Part shown: piece by piece, positions 44,385 through 53,437 of the stretch
How positions within the stretch are numbered: position 1 is the first letter of the stretch
How the letters are laid out: each line of letters starts with the position of its first letter
Source of the DNA: Actinomycetota bacterium
GTDB taxonomy: Bacteria > Actinomycetota > Acidimicrobiia > Acidimicrobiales > Ilumatobacteraceae
Direction of reading: 5' to 3'
Length of the DNA stretch: 64,000 bases
Assembly (NCBI GenBank): GCA_026393475.1
Contig: JAPLAA010000061.1
Location: forward strand, 21,927 to 85,926
Made by a program: the position numbers and the translations under genes
The notes under the pieces: generated by a model
Databases searched by the model: none
What the model saw: only the letters and a program-made list of their open reading frames with translations
What the model was told of the DNA's origin: nothing

Positions 44385-45524
44385 ATGCGCAAGACCAAGC
44401 GCTTCGCGGCGCTGGCACTGACCGCGTCACTGTTCGTGGTCGCGGCTTGCGGCGACGACGAGGAAGAGTCGACGTCGACCGAGGCCCCGGCCGCCACCGA
44501 AGCACCGTCGGCCACCGAAGCACCGGCTGGCACCGAAGCACCCGCAGCCGGCGCCGTGTCGGCCTGCCAGGTCACCGACGTCGGCGGTGTCGACGACAAG
44601 GGCTTCAACCAGTCGGCCTACGCCGGCCTCCAGCAGGCCGAGGCCGACCTGGGCGCCGAGATCGCCCTGCTCGAGTCGGCCAGCGACGCCGACTACGCCC
44701 CGAACATCCAGGCGTTCCTCGACAAGGGTTGCGACGACATCATCACCGTCGGCTTCCTGCTCGGTGGCGCAACGGCAGACGCCGCGATCGCCAACCCCGA
44801 CCAGCAGTTCGCGATCATCGACTCCGACGCCAACGACAACGCCGGCACGCCCGACGACTTCGCTGACGACGTGAACCTCGAGAACGTCCGCGCCCTCAAC
44901 TTCGCCACCGACGAGCCGTCGTTCATCGCCGGCTACCTCGCGGCCGGCATGAGCGAGACCGGCAAGGTCGCCACCTACGGCGGCATCAACATCCCGCCGG
45001 TCACCATCTTCATGACGGGCTTCCTGAACGGCGTGAACTACTACAACGAGCAGAAGGGCACCGCCGTCGAGGTCCTCGGCTGGGACGGCACCGAAGGTTC
45101 GTTCGCCGGCAACTTCGAGAGCCTCGACGACGGCAAGAAGCTCGCCCAGGGCTTCGCCGACGAGGGCGCCGACATCATCTTCCCGGTCGCCGGTCCCGTG
45201 GGCCTCGGCTCCTCGGCCTACGCCAAGGAAGTCGGCGGCATCCGCATCATCGGTGTCGACGTCGACATGTACGTCAGCAACGACAAGGAGAAGGAGGTCT
45301 ACCTGACCTCCGTGCTCAAGAACATCGACGCCTCGGTGTTCGACACGGTCAAGAACGTGTCGGAGACCGGTGACGCCGGTGATGACTACGTCGGCACCTT
45401 CGCCAACGGTGGCGTCGGCATCGCCGACTTCCACGACCAGGCGGGCGACGTGCCCGACGAGCTGAAGGCGGAGATCGAGCAGTTGGTCGCCGACTTCACC
45501 GCCGGCACGATGAAGGCCGGCTGA
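44385..45524 (+). CDS. BMP-family (PnrA-like) ABC transporter substrate-binding lipoprotein, nucleoside-type
   Basis: Lipobox LFVVAAC. The GFNQSAYAGL...ITVGF pattern is BMP family. AGGGGGAG SD. Confidence 0.9.
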   Translation: MRKTKRFAALALTASLFVVAACGDDEEESTSTEAPAATEAPSATEAPAGTEAPAAGAVSACQVTDVGGVDDKGFNQSAYAGLQQAEADLGAEIALLESASDADYAPNIQAFLDKGCDDIITVGFLLGGATADAAIANPDQQFAIIDSDANDNAGTPDDFADDVNLENVRALNFATDEPSFIAGYLAAGMSETGKVATYGGINIPPVTIFMTGFLNGVNYYNEQKGTAVEVLGWDGTEGSFAGNFESLDDGKKLAQGFADEGADIIFPVAGPVGLGSSAYAKEVGGIRIIGVDVDMYVSNDKEKEVYLTSVLKNIDASVFDTVKNVSETGDAGDDYVGTFANGGVGIADFHDQAGDVPDELKAEIEQLVADFTAGTMKAG

Positions 45525-45590
45525 GCGCGAGCTGAACCCTCGGGTCGAGCACCCCTCGACCCGTGTGCACAGCGCGTGCACGTGAACACC

Positions 45591-45626
45591 GGAGAGGGGC
45601 CTTTCGGGGCCCCTCTCCTCGTTTTC
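45591..45626 (+). terminator. rho-independent terminator/attenuator between the binding-protein gene and the ATPase gene
   Basis: 11-bp GC stem ggagaggggcc / ggcccctctcc with a 6-nt loop, followed by tcgttttcgg. Two smaller hairpins sit just upstream (45541-45582). Confidence 0.7.
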
Positions 45627-45801
45627 GGTCGTTCGGGCCTGTTGTTCGGCCTGTGCGCGGACCCGATGTCAGGGTCGACCAACCGGTCGCACAGACTGGA
45701 CCCACGATCGCCGCCGTTCACCGAACGGCCCGCGCGATCACTGCACTAGATTCGGCGCTCGTCACGGGGCGCACATGGGGCGTCGCCCCAAGGGGGAGCG
45801 A

Positions 45802-47319
45802 ATGGAACTGGAGCTGCGGGGGATCACGAAGCGATTCCCCGGCGTCGTCGCCAACGACGACGTCAACCTGCACGTGCGCGGCGGCGAGGTGCTCGCACTC
45901 GTCGGCGAGAACGGCGCCGGCAAGAGCACGCTCATGAACGTGCTCTACGGCCTGTACAAGGCCGACGAGGGCGAGATCCTGATCGACGGCGTGCCGCAGC
46001 ACTTCACGTCGCCGCGGGATGCGATCGCCGCCGGCATCGGCATGGTGCACCAGCACTTCATGCTCGTCCCCGTGTTCACCGTCGCCGAGAACGTCGTGAT
46101 GGGCGTGGAGCCCACGAGCCTCGGCGGCATCAAGCTCGACCTCGCGACCGCACGTGAGCAGGTGCGGACGATCTCCGAGCAGTACGGCATGCACCTCGAC
46201 CCCGACGCCTTGATCGAGGACATGCCCGTCGGCCTCCAACAGCGCGTCGAGATCATCAAGGTGCTGTTCCGTCACGCGAAGATCGTCGTGTTCGACGAGC
46301 CCACCGCGGTGCTCACCCCGCAGGAGATCGACGACTTCTTCGTGATCGTCGAGTCGTTGAAGGCCGACGGCAAGGGCATCGTGTTCATCACCCACAAGCT
46401 TCGCGAGGCCATCAAGGTCGCCGACCGGATCGAAGTGCTGCGCCGTGGCAAGACGGTGGGCGATGCCGACCCCAAGACGGTCAAGGACACCGAGCTGGCC
46501 GAGATGATGGTCGGCCGTCCGGTCGACCTCGTGGTCGACAAGGCGCAGCACGAACCTGGCGACGTCGTGCTCGAACTGCGCGATTTCACGGTCAGCGACC
46601 CATCGGGCCGCGTGCTCGTCGACCACGTCGGCCTGCAGGTGCGCGCCGGTGAGATCGTGGGCATCGCCGGGGTGCAGGGCAACGGCCAGACGGAACTGGT
46701 CGATGCGCTCGTCGGTCTGCGGCGCGTCGCCGGCGGCACCGTCCACCTCGTCGGGCAGGACATCACCGTCGCCACCCCGCGCGACATGCACCGCCACGGC
46801 GTGGCCCACATCCCGGAGGACCGTCAGCGCGAGGGCATCGTCAAGGACTTCGACATCACCGAGAACCTGGCGCTCACCGGCTACTACGCCCCGCCGCTCA
46901 GCTCCGGCCTCACCATCGACTGGAAGGCCGCGCGCACGACGGCCGAACACCTGGTCGAGCAGTTCGACATCCGCACGCCGTCGGTCGACACCGGCGTCGG
47001 CACGCTGTCGGGCGGCAACCAGCAGAAGGTGATCGTCGCCCGCGAGCTCAGCCGCGACCTCAAGCTCGCGATCGCGTGCCAGCCCACCCGCGGCATCGAC
47101 GTCGGCTCGATCGAGTACATCCACGAACGCATCGTCGCCCTGCGCGACGCAGGCGTCGCCGTGCTGGTCGTCAGCACCGAGCTCGACGAGGTGATGGCGC
47201 TCGCCGACCGGGTCGTGGTCATGTACCGCGGCAAGGTCGTGGCCGACCTGCCCCGAGCATCCACCAGTCACAACGAGGTCGGCCTCTACATGGCCGGCGC
47301 CAAGGAGAGCGCAGCATGA
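45802..47319 (+). CDS. ABC transporter ATP-binding protein with duplicated cassettes (sugar/nucleoside type)
   Basis: GENGAGKST, a second cassette GVQGNGQTEL and LSGGNQQK. GGGGGAG SD before the ATG at 45802 (alternative ATG at 45775). Confidence 0.9.
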   Translation: MELELRGITKRFPGVVANDDVNLHVRGGEVLALVGENGAGKSTLMNVLYGLYKADEGEILIDGVPQHFTSPRDAIAAGIGMVHQHFMLVPVFTVAENVVMGVEPTSLGGIKLDLATAREQVRTISEQYGMHLDPDALIEDMPVGLQQRVEIIKVLFRHAKIVVFDEPTAVLTPQEIDDFFVIVESLKADGKGIVFITHKLREAIKVADRIEVLRRGKTVGDADPKTVKDTELAEMMVGRPVDLVVDKAQHEPGDVVLELRDFTVSDPSGRVLVDHVGLQVRAGEIVGIAGVQGNGQTELVDALVGLRRVAGGTVHLVGQDITVATPRDMHRHGVAHIPEDRQREGIVKDFDITENLALTGYYAPPLSSGLTIDWKAARTTAEHLVEQFDIRTPSVDTGVGTLSGGNQQKVIVARELSRDLKLAIACQPTRGIDVGSIEYIHERIVALRDAGVAVLVVSTELDEVMALADRVVVMYRGKVVADLPRASTSHNEVGLYMAGAKESAA

Positions 47320-48512
47320 CCGCCGCCACCGTCGACGGGAGCCCGGCCGCCGCGCCCGAGGAGAAGCCGAAGCTGGTCGTGTTCTTCGACCGCATCGATG
47401 CGTACAACAACCTGCTGCTGCCGTTCCTCGCGATCGTCTCGGCGCTGATCGTCGGTGCGTTCATCATCGGCCTCACCGACATCGACCGCCTGAAGGAAGG
47501 CGACATCGGCGGCATCCTCACCACCATCAAGGACGCCTACATCGCGCTGCCCACGGGCGCGCTCGGCAGCCTCGGTGGCATCAGCGAGACCATCGTGTCG
47601 GCGACGCCGCTGATCCTCGCCGGCCTGTGCTTCGCCGTCGCCGCCCGCTCCGGCCTGTTCAACATCGGCGCGACCGGCCAGATGTTCGCCGGCGGCATGG
47701 CGTCGGTCTGGGTGGGCTTCACGATGGACGGACCCGGCATCGTGCAGGTGCCGCTCGCGCTGCTCGCCGGCATCATCGCCGGCGGCCTGTGGGGTGGCAT
47801 CGTCGGCATCCTCAAGGCGCGCACCGGCGCCCACGAGGTGATCACGACGATCATGACCAACTACATCGCCGGCCTGCTCACGCTGTGGCTGCTCAAGACC
47901 GAGGCCTTCCAGCAGCCCGGCAAGGACAACCCGGTGTCGAAGACGGTGAGCGACAAGGGGCGGCTGCCCGAGCTGTTCTTCTGGAGCGACGATCCGTCGC
48001 TGCGGGCCCACTGGGGTTTCCTCGTGGCCCTCGGCGGCGCCGTGTTCATGTGGTGGCTGTTCGAGCGCTCGAAGGTGGGCTTCGAGCTGCGGACGTTCGG
48101 TTCGAACGCCGACGCCGCCCGCTACGCCGGCATGAAGCCGGCGACGCTCACCACACTCGCGATGTTCATCGCCGGTGGCCTCGCCGGCCTCGGCGGCGCC
48201 ACCCAGATCATCGGCACCCAGGGCTACGCGACCGAGAGCTTCGCCGGTTCGATCGGCTTCGACGCGATCGCCGTGGCGCTCCTCGGGCGCAACAAGCCGG
48301 TCGGCATCGTCTTCGCCGCCTTCCTGTTCGGCATCCTCGAAGCAGGCGGTCGCAAGATGCAGCTCGAGACCGACATCCCGCTCGACGTGGTGCTCGTGCT
48401 GCGAGCGCTCATCGTGCTGTTCATCGCGGCGCCTGCGCTGACGAGGCTCATCTGGCGACTCAAGAGCGAGGGCTCGACGTCGGTGCTGCAGTTCCGGGGG
48501 TGGGGAGCATGA
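47316..48512 (+). CDS. ABC transporter permease (BMP-type system)
   Basis: Polytopic protein. ATGA overlap with the ATPase stop. Confidence 0.88.
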   Translation: MTAATVDGSPAAAPEEKPKLVVFFDRIDAYNNLLLPFLAIVSALIVGAFIIGLTDIDRLKEGDIGGILTTIKDAYIALPTGALGSLGGISETIVSATPLILAGLCFAVAARSGLFNIGATGQMFAGGMASVWVGFTMDGPGIVQVPLALLAGIIAGGLWGGIVGILKARTGAHEVITTIMTNYIAGLLTLWLLKTEAFQQPGKDNPVSKTVSDKGRLPELFFWSDDPSLRAHWGFLVALGGAVFMWWLFERSKVGFELRTFGSNADAARYAGMKPATLTTLAMFIAGGLAGLGGATQIIGTQGYATESFAGSIGFDAIAVALLGRNKPVGIVFAAFLFGILEAGGRKMQLETDIPLDVVLVLRALIVLFIAAPALTRLIWRLKSEGSTSVLQFRGWGA

Positions 48513-49792
48513 GCGTGACCATGCCCACGACCCCCAGCACGCCGGCCAGCGGCGCACTCACCTACGAGGAGAAGCGGCACGCCCGCAACCTCGGCATCGC
48601 CTACATCGTGCTGGCCGGCATCACGATGATCTTCCTCACCGGCCACAGCGGCACGGCGACGTTCAACCTCGACGGCGGACGGTCGTTCGGCCTGCCGGCC
48701 CAACCGCTCGCCTGGTTCGTGGCCGCGTCGCTCTCGGTCGTCGCCGGCATCCAGCTGTGGCGCGGCTTCGGCAAGTGGACCAACGTCGTCCTGGCGATGG
48801 CCTCGCTGCTCATCTTCATGTCGTTCCTCTCGTGGGCGGCGGCGGGTCGCGAGTTCTCCTTCATCGGGATGCTCGCGTCGGCCGTCACCTTCTCCACCCC
48901 GCTGATCTTCGGTGCGTGCGCCGGCATCATGTGCGAGCGGTCCGGCGTGGTGAACATCGCGATCGAGGGCCTCCTGCTCAACGGTGCGTTCACGTCGGCG
49001 TTCGTCGGCTCGATCGCGAGCGGATGGCCGGGGATGGGACCGAAGAGCGGCTTCTGGGTGGGCGTGCTGGCGGCGATGATCACCAGCGCGCTGTTCGCCT
49101 GGTTGCTCGCATGGCTCGCGATCCGGTTCAAGGTCGACCAGGTGATCGTCGGCTTCTTCATCAACTTCTTCGTGCTCGGCCTCACGTCGTTCCTGTCGAG
49201 CCGCGTGCTCACCGAGAACCCCGACTACAACGACACGCCCACCTTGGGCGCCTGGAAGATCCCGCTGCTCGAACGCATCCCGGTGCTCGGCCAGATCCTG
49301 TTCCAGCAGACCGTGTTCGTGTACGCCGCCTACGTGCTCGTCGTCGTGTTCACCTGGTTCCTGTTCCGCACCAAGTGGGGTCTGCGCACCCGCGCGGTGG
49401 GCGAGCACCCACGTGCGGCCGACACCCTCGGCGTGAACGTGCTCCGGCTGCGCTACCGCAACGTGATCATGGCGGGCGCGATCGCCGGGTTCGGCGGCGC
49501 CTGGTGGACGGCCACGCTCGGCCGGTTCAACGAGAACATCACCAACGGCCGCGGCTTCATCGCCCTCGCGGTCGTGATCGTGGGACGCTGGCACCCGGTG
49601 GGGGCGCTCAGTGCAGCCCTGCTGTTCGGCCTGTTCGACTCGGTGGCCGACAAGCTCAGCCTGCTCAACACGGGCCTGCCGAGCGAGTTCATCAAGATGA
49701 CCCCGTACCTCATGACCATCGTCGTGGTGGCCGGGTTCGTCGGCCGGTCGCGCGGTCCGAAGGCGGCCGGTCAGCCCTACGAGAGCCAGTAG
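48509..49792 (+). CDS. ABC transporter permease (BMP-type system)
   Basis: Polytopic protein. ATGA overlap with the upstream permease stop. Confidence 0.88.
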   Translation: MSVTMPTTPSTPASGALTYEEKRHARNLGIAYIVLAGITMIFLTGHSGTATFNLDGGRSFGLPAQPLAWFVAASLSVVAGIQLWRGFGKWTNVVLAMASLLIFMSFLSWAAAGREFSFIGMLASAVTFSTPLIFGACAGIMCERSGVVNIAIEGLLLNGAFTSAFVGSIASGWPGMGPKSGFWVGVLAAMITSALFAWLLAWLAIRFKVDQVIVGFFINFFVLGLTSFLSSRVLTENPDYNDTPTLGAWKIPLLERIPVLGQILFQQTVFVYAAYVLVVVFTWFLFRTKWGLRTRAVGEHPRAADTLGVNVLRLRYRNVIMAGAIAGFGGAWWTATLGRFNENITNGRGFIALAVVIVGRWHPVGALSAALLFGLFDSVADKLSLLNTGLPSEFIKMTPYLMTIVVVAGFVGRSRGPKAAGQPYESQ

Positions 49793-49823
49793 CTCGAGGT
49801 CGGCAGGGTCGAGCGGCTCGTCC

Positions 49824-50237
49824 TCAACGGGCGAGCCGCGCGACCGCCTGCACCTCGATGCCGCCGCGCGGCCGCTGGGTGAGCGTCACGGTGACGTCCG
49901 ACGGCTGGGCGGTCGTCATGACCTCGTTCGCGATCTCGGCGGTGAGCGCCTCGGCGAACACCGCCCGGTCGCGGAAGCCCCACAGGTAGAGCTTGAGGCT
50001 CTTCGACTCGATGCACCACCGATCGGGCGTGTACTCGATGACCACATGGGCGATGTCGGGCTGCTGGGTGACGGGGCACATCGACTGCAGCTCGTCGGTG
50101 GTGAAACGCACGGTGGTGACGTGTGCGGGCGCCGGGAACACCTCGACGTGCTCGATCGAGTGACGCACGGTGTTCCCGAGGACGGTGAGCCCGTCGGTGG
50201 GGCCGGTGGGACCGGTGGAGCGGTCGATGGTTTCCAT
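49824..50237 (-). CDS. queF: NADPH-dependent 7-cyano-7-deazaguanine (preQ0) reductase, type I
   Basis: [10 protein letters not shown] (catalytic Cys) and [14 protein letters not shown] (QueF motif). 137 aa. Confidence 0.87.
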   Translation of the reverse strand: METIDRSTGPTGPTDGLTVLGNTVRHSIEHVEVFPAPAHVTTVRFTTDELQSMCPVTQQPDIAHVVIEYTPDRWCIESKSLKLYLWGFRDRAVFAEALTAEIANEVMTTAQPSDVTVTLTQRPRGGIEVQAVARLAR

Positions 50238-50248
50238 GGCGCAACAGG

Positions 50249-50275
50249 GTACGGGCGTCGCGGGTCAGCCCGTAC
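50249..50275. promoter_or_regulatory. 8-bp inverted repeat GTACGGGC-n11-GCCCGTAC in the 41-bp divergent queF/add spacer
   Basis: Read directly from the sequence. It occupies most of the spacer. Confidence 0.3.
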
Positions 50276-50278
50276 GAT

Positions 50279-51373
50279 GTGCCGATGCCCCACGTCACCC
50301 CCGACCTGCTCCGATCGGTGCCGAAGGTGCTCCTGCACGACCATCTCGACGGCGGCCTGCGCCCCGAGACGGTGGTGGAGCTGGCCCAGGAGTACGGCTA
50401 CACCTCGCTGCCCACCACCGACGTGGCCGAGCTCGCCCAATGGTTCAACCGCGGCGCCAAGCGCAACGATCTGGTGCTGTACCTCGAGACCTTCGCCCAC
50501 ACCGTCGGGGTGATGCAGCACCGCGATGCGATCGAGCGCGTCTCCTACGAGTGCGCCCAGGACCTCGCCGCCGACGGTTGCGTGTACGCCGAGGTGCGCA
50601 TGGCGCCCGAGCTGTGCACCGAGGCCGGCCTCACCCTCGACGAGGTGGTCGAGGCGATGCTCGACGGCTTCCGCCGTGGCTCGGCCGGCACCGACCTCAC
50701 GATCTACCTCATCTGTTCCGCGATGCGCACCGCTGCCCGCAGCCTCGAGATCGCCGAGCTCGCCGTCCGCTGGCGCGACGCCGGCGTGGTCGGGTTCGAC
50801 ATCGCGGGTGCCGAGGCCGGTTACCCGCCCACGCGCCACCTCGACGCGTTCCAGTACGTGCAGCGCGAGAACTTCCACACCACCATCCACGCCGGTGAGG
50901 CCTTCGGCCTGCCGAGCATCTGGGAGGCCGTGCAGTTCTGCGGTGCCGAGCGCCTCGGCCACGGCGTGCGGATCGTCGACGACATCACCGGCCCGGCCGG
51001 CGAGGAGCAGCTCGGCCGGCTCGCGGCCTTCGTGCGCGACCGCCGCATCCCGCTCGAGTTGTGCCCCACCTCGAACGTGGGCACGGGCGTGTGCGCGTCG
51101 ATCGCCGACCACCCGATCGGCATGCTGCGCCGGCTCCGTTTCCGCGTCACCCTCAACACCGACAACCGGTTGATGAGCGCGACATCGATGACCCACGAGA
51201 TGGCGCAGCTGCACGAGGCGTTCGGCTGGGGGCTCGAGGACTTCGAGTGGATGACGATCAACGCGATGAAGAGCGCGTTCGCCCCGTTCCCGGAACGGCT
51301 GCGGATCATCAACGGCTACATCAAGCCGCGCTACGCGCTCCTGAAGGCCGACGTCACCCTCGGCGCGGGCTGA
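50279..51373 (+). CDS. add: adenosine deaminase
   Basis: [18 protein letters not shown] and [10 protein letters not shown] motifs. Start at GTG 50279 or ATG 50285. Confidence 0.92.
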   Translation: MPMPHVTPDLLRSVPKVLLHDHLDGGLRPETVVELAQEYGYTSLPTTDVAELAQWFNRGAKRNDLVLYLETFAHTVGVMQHRDAIERVSYECAQDLAADGCVYAEVRMAPELCTEAGLTLDEVVEAMLDGFRRGSAGTDLTIYLICSAMRTAARSLEIAELAVRWRDAGVVGFDIAGAEAGYPPTRHLDAFQYVQRENFHTTIHAGEAFGLPSIWEAVQFCGAERLGHGVRIVDDITGPAGEEQLGRLAAFVRDRRIPLELCPTSNVGTGVCASIADHPIGMLRRLRFRVTLNTDNRLMSATSMTHEMAQLHEAFGWGLEDFEWMTINAMKSAFAPFPERLRIINGYIKPRYALLKADVTLGAG

Positions 51374-51434
51374 GCTCGCGGGCGTACCGGGGAGCCTTTC
51401 GGGGGTACCCCGCGCGTCTGCCACACTCGTGGGC

Positions 51435-52070
51435 ATGCCCGTCGCCGTCCATCATGTCGACCACCCACTGATCGCCGACTCGCTGGTGCGAGTCCGCGAC
51501 GTGAACACGCCCAACGCCTTGTTCCGTCAGGAGATCGAGCGGATCGGTTCGCTGCTCCTGGCCGAGGCGACACGCAACCTGCCCACCGTGACCGTGCGGG
51601 TGACGACGCCGCTCACCGAGACGAACGGCCGCGTGCTGGCTGCCCAGCCGATCGTCGTGCCGGTGCTGCGAGCCGGGCTGGGCTTCCTGCACGCCGCCCA
51701 GGAGCTGCTGCCGAGCGCCGACGTCGGTTTCATCGGCATCTCCCGCGACGAGGAGACGTTCCAGCCGAAGTCGTACGTGAACAAACTGCCCGAGACGCTG
51801 GCCGGCCGGCAGTGCATCGTGCTCGATCCGATGCTCGCGACCGGCGGCTCGCTGGCGCACGCGTGCAAGCTGCTGATCGAGCGTGGTGCCACGGGCACGA
51901 TCATCGTCGTCTGCGTGCTCGCGGCACCGGAAGGGATCAAGGTGCTCGAGGACGCAGGGCTCGACCTCGCGATCTACACCGCCGCGGTCGACGAGCGCCT
52001 CAACGAGAACGCGTTCATCGTGCCGGGTCTCGGTGACGCCGGCGACCGTCAGTTCGGTTCGCCCGCGTAG
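51435..52070 (+). CDS. upp: uracil phosphoribosyltransferase
   Basis: VDHPLI..., VLDPMLATGGS PRPP loop and VPGLGDAGDR. ATG at 51435 (alternative GTG at 51429). Confidence 0.92.
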   Translation: MPVAVHHVDHPLIADSLVRVRDVNTPNALFRQEIERIGSLLLAEATRNLPTVTVRVTTPLTETNGRVLAAQPIVVPVLRAGLGFLHAAQELLPSADVGFIGISRDEETFQPKSYVNKLPETLAGRQCIVLDPMLATGGSLAHACKLLIERGATGTIIVVCVLAAPEGIKVLEDAGLDLAIYTAAVDERLNENAFIVPGLGDAGDRQFGSPA

Positions 52071-52135
52071 CGGCGAACGTCAGGCGACCGTCAGTTCGGT
52101 TCGCCCGCGTAGCGGCGAACGTCAGGCGAACGTCA
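52041..52135. repeat. 42-bp x2 tandem duplication plus 11-bp partial units, spanning the stop codons of both convergent genes (upp and M20)
   Basis: ggcgaccgtcagttcggttcgcccgcgtagcggcgaacgtca at 52041-52082 and 52083-52124, then ggcgaacgtca. Each 42-mer contains the hairpin gttcgcc-n8-ggcgaac with TAG in its loop. Confidence 0.95.
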
Positions 52136-53437
52136 GGCGACGCCGCAGAGGTCGAGGGCCAGCACTGCCAGCGCACGCGCTGTGGTGTGCACTTCGGCCA
52201 ACGGGACGTACTCGTCGGGGCCGTGGGCGAGCACCGCATCGCCGGGGCCGTACTGCAGCGTCGGGATGCCGCCGATGCCGGTGAGCAGGCGCAGATCGCT
52301 GCCATACGGAGCGACCCAGTTGCCGGCCGTCGTGCCGGTGATCGCACCGTGGGCGGCCTGCACCCGATCGAGCAGGTCGCTGTCCTGGGGCAGGCGACCG
52401 CTCGCGAACTGTCCGCCCCACCACTCGACCGTGACGGGATGGTCGCGCAGCCACGGGTCGGCGGCACACGCCTCGGCGACGGCGTGCTCGAATGCACGGC
52501 GCGCGTCGGCGGGCGACTCGTCGAGCTGGACGCCGAGCCGGCCTTCGGCCTCCAGACGATCGGGCACCGACGACGCCCAGTCCCCGCAGTGCACCGTGCC
52601 GATCGAGATCGGATACAGGATCGGGAACTTCGGGCTGGCGCCCTCGCGTGATCGGTTGCGTTCGCGTTCGAGCTCGAGGATCGCGTGGTGCACCGGGACG
52701 AACTTCTCCAGCGCGCTCACCCCTTCGGTGCGGCGGGCGGCATGGGTGGCCTGGCCGGGGACGACCAGACGGAACGTGAGCGCCCCGGCGTTGGCGGCGA
52801 GCAGATCGAGGCTCGTCGGTTCGGGGATCACGCACGCGTCGGCCCGCCAGCTGCGCTGCAGCGTCGCGTAGGTACCGAGGCCACCGTCCTCCTCCCCCAG
52901 CACTGCGGCGACGAGCAGGTCGCCGTGCAGGCGGATGCCGGACCGCTTGATCGCGTCGACCGCCCAGATCGATGCGATCAGTCCGGCCTTCATGTCGCAC
53001 GAGCCACGCCCGTAGAGCCGACCGTCGCGGCGCCCTCCCTCGATGCGCGGGTCGAAGGCCGTCGTCGTCCACCGGGCCGGATCGCCCTCGGGCACCACGT
53101 CGACATGGCCGTTGAGCATGAGGCTGCGCCCCTCACCGCGGCCCGATCCGGCGAGCCGGCCGACCGCACCCCACGCCTCGCGGCGGTCGACCTCGACGCC
53201 GGGGAAATCGGGGCGGGCCATCGTCTCGGCGAGGGGGATCTCCCAGTGGTCGACGTCGAGGCCGATCGACGCGAACGCCCTCGACATGTGGGCGATCGCC
53301 TCGTTCTCGGCGTCGGTGCCACTGATGCTCGGCAGCGCGACGAACTCGGCCAGCTGCGACACCATCGAGTCGTGCTGTTCGTCGACGAGGTCGAGGACAC
53401 GTGAGGCCGCACCAGTGCGTGGATCGATCGAGCTCAT
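52133..53437 (-). CDS. M20 family amidohydrolase (ArgE/DapE/ACY1-like)
   Basis: LMLNGHVDVVP and LGEEDGGLG. ATG at 53437 overlaps the upstream stop (ATGA). Confidence 0.85.
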   Translation of the reverse strand: MSSIDPRTGAASRVLDLVDEQHDSMVSQLAEFVALPSISGTDAENEAIAHMSRAFASIGLDVDHWEIPLAETMARPDFPGVEVDRREAWGAVGRLAGSGRGEGRSLMLNGHVDVVPEGDPARWTTTAFDPRIEGGRRDGRLYGRGSCDMKAGLIASIWAVDAIKRSGIRLHGDLLVAAVLGEEDGGLGTYATLQRSWRADACVIPEPTSLDLLAANAGALTFRLVVPGQATHAARRTEGVSALEKFVPVHHAILELERERNRSREGASPKFPILYPISIGTVHCGDWASSVPDRLEAEGRLGVQLDESPADARRAFEHAVAEACAADPWLRDHPVTVEWWGGQFASGRLPQDSDLLDRVQAAHGAITGTTAGNWVAPYGSDLRLLTGIGGIPTLQYGPGDAVLAHGPDEYVPLAEVHTTARALAVLALDLCGVA

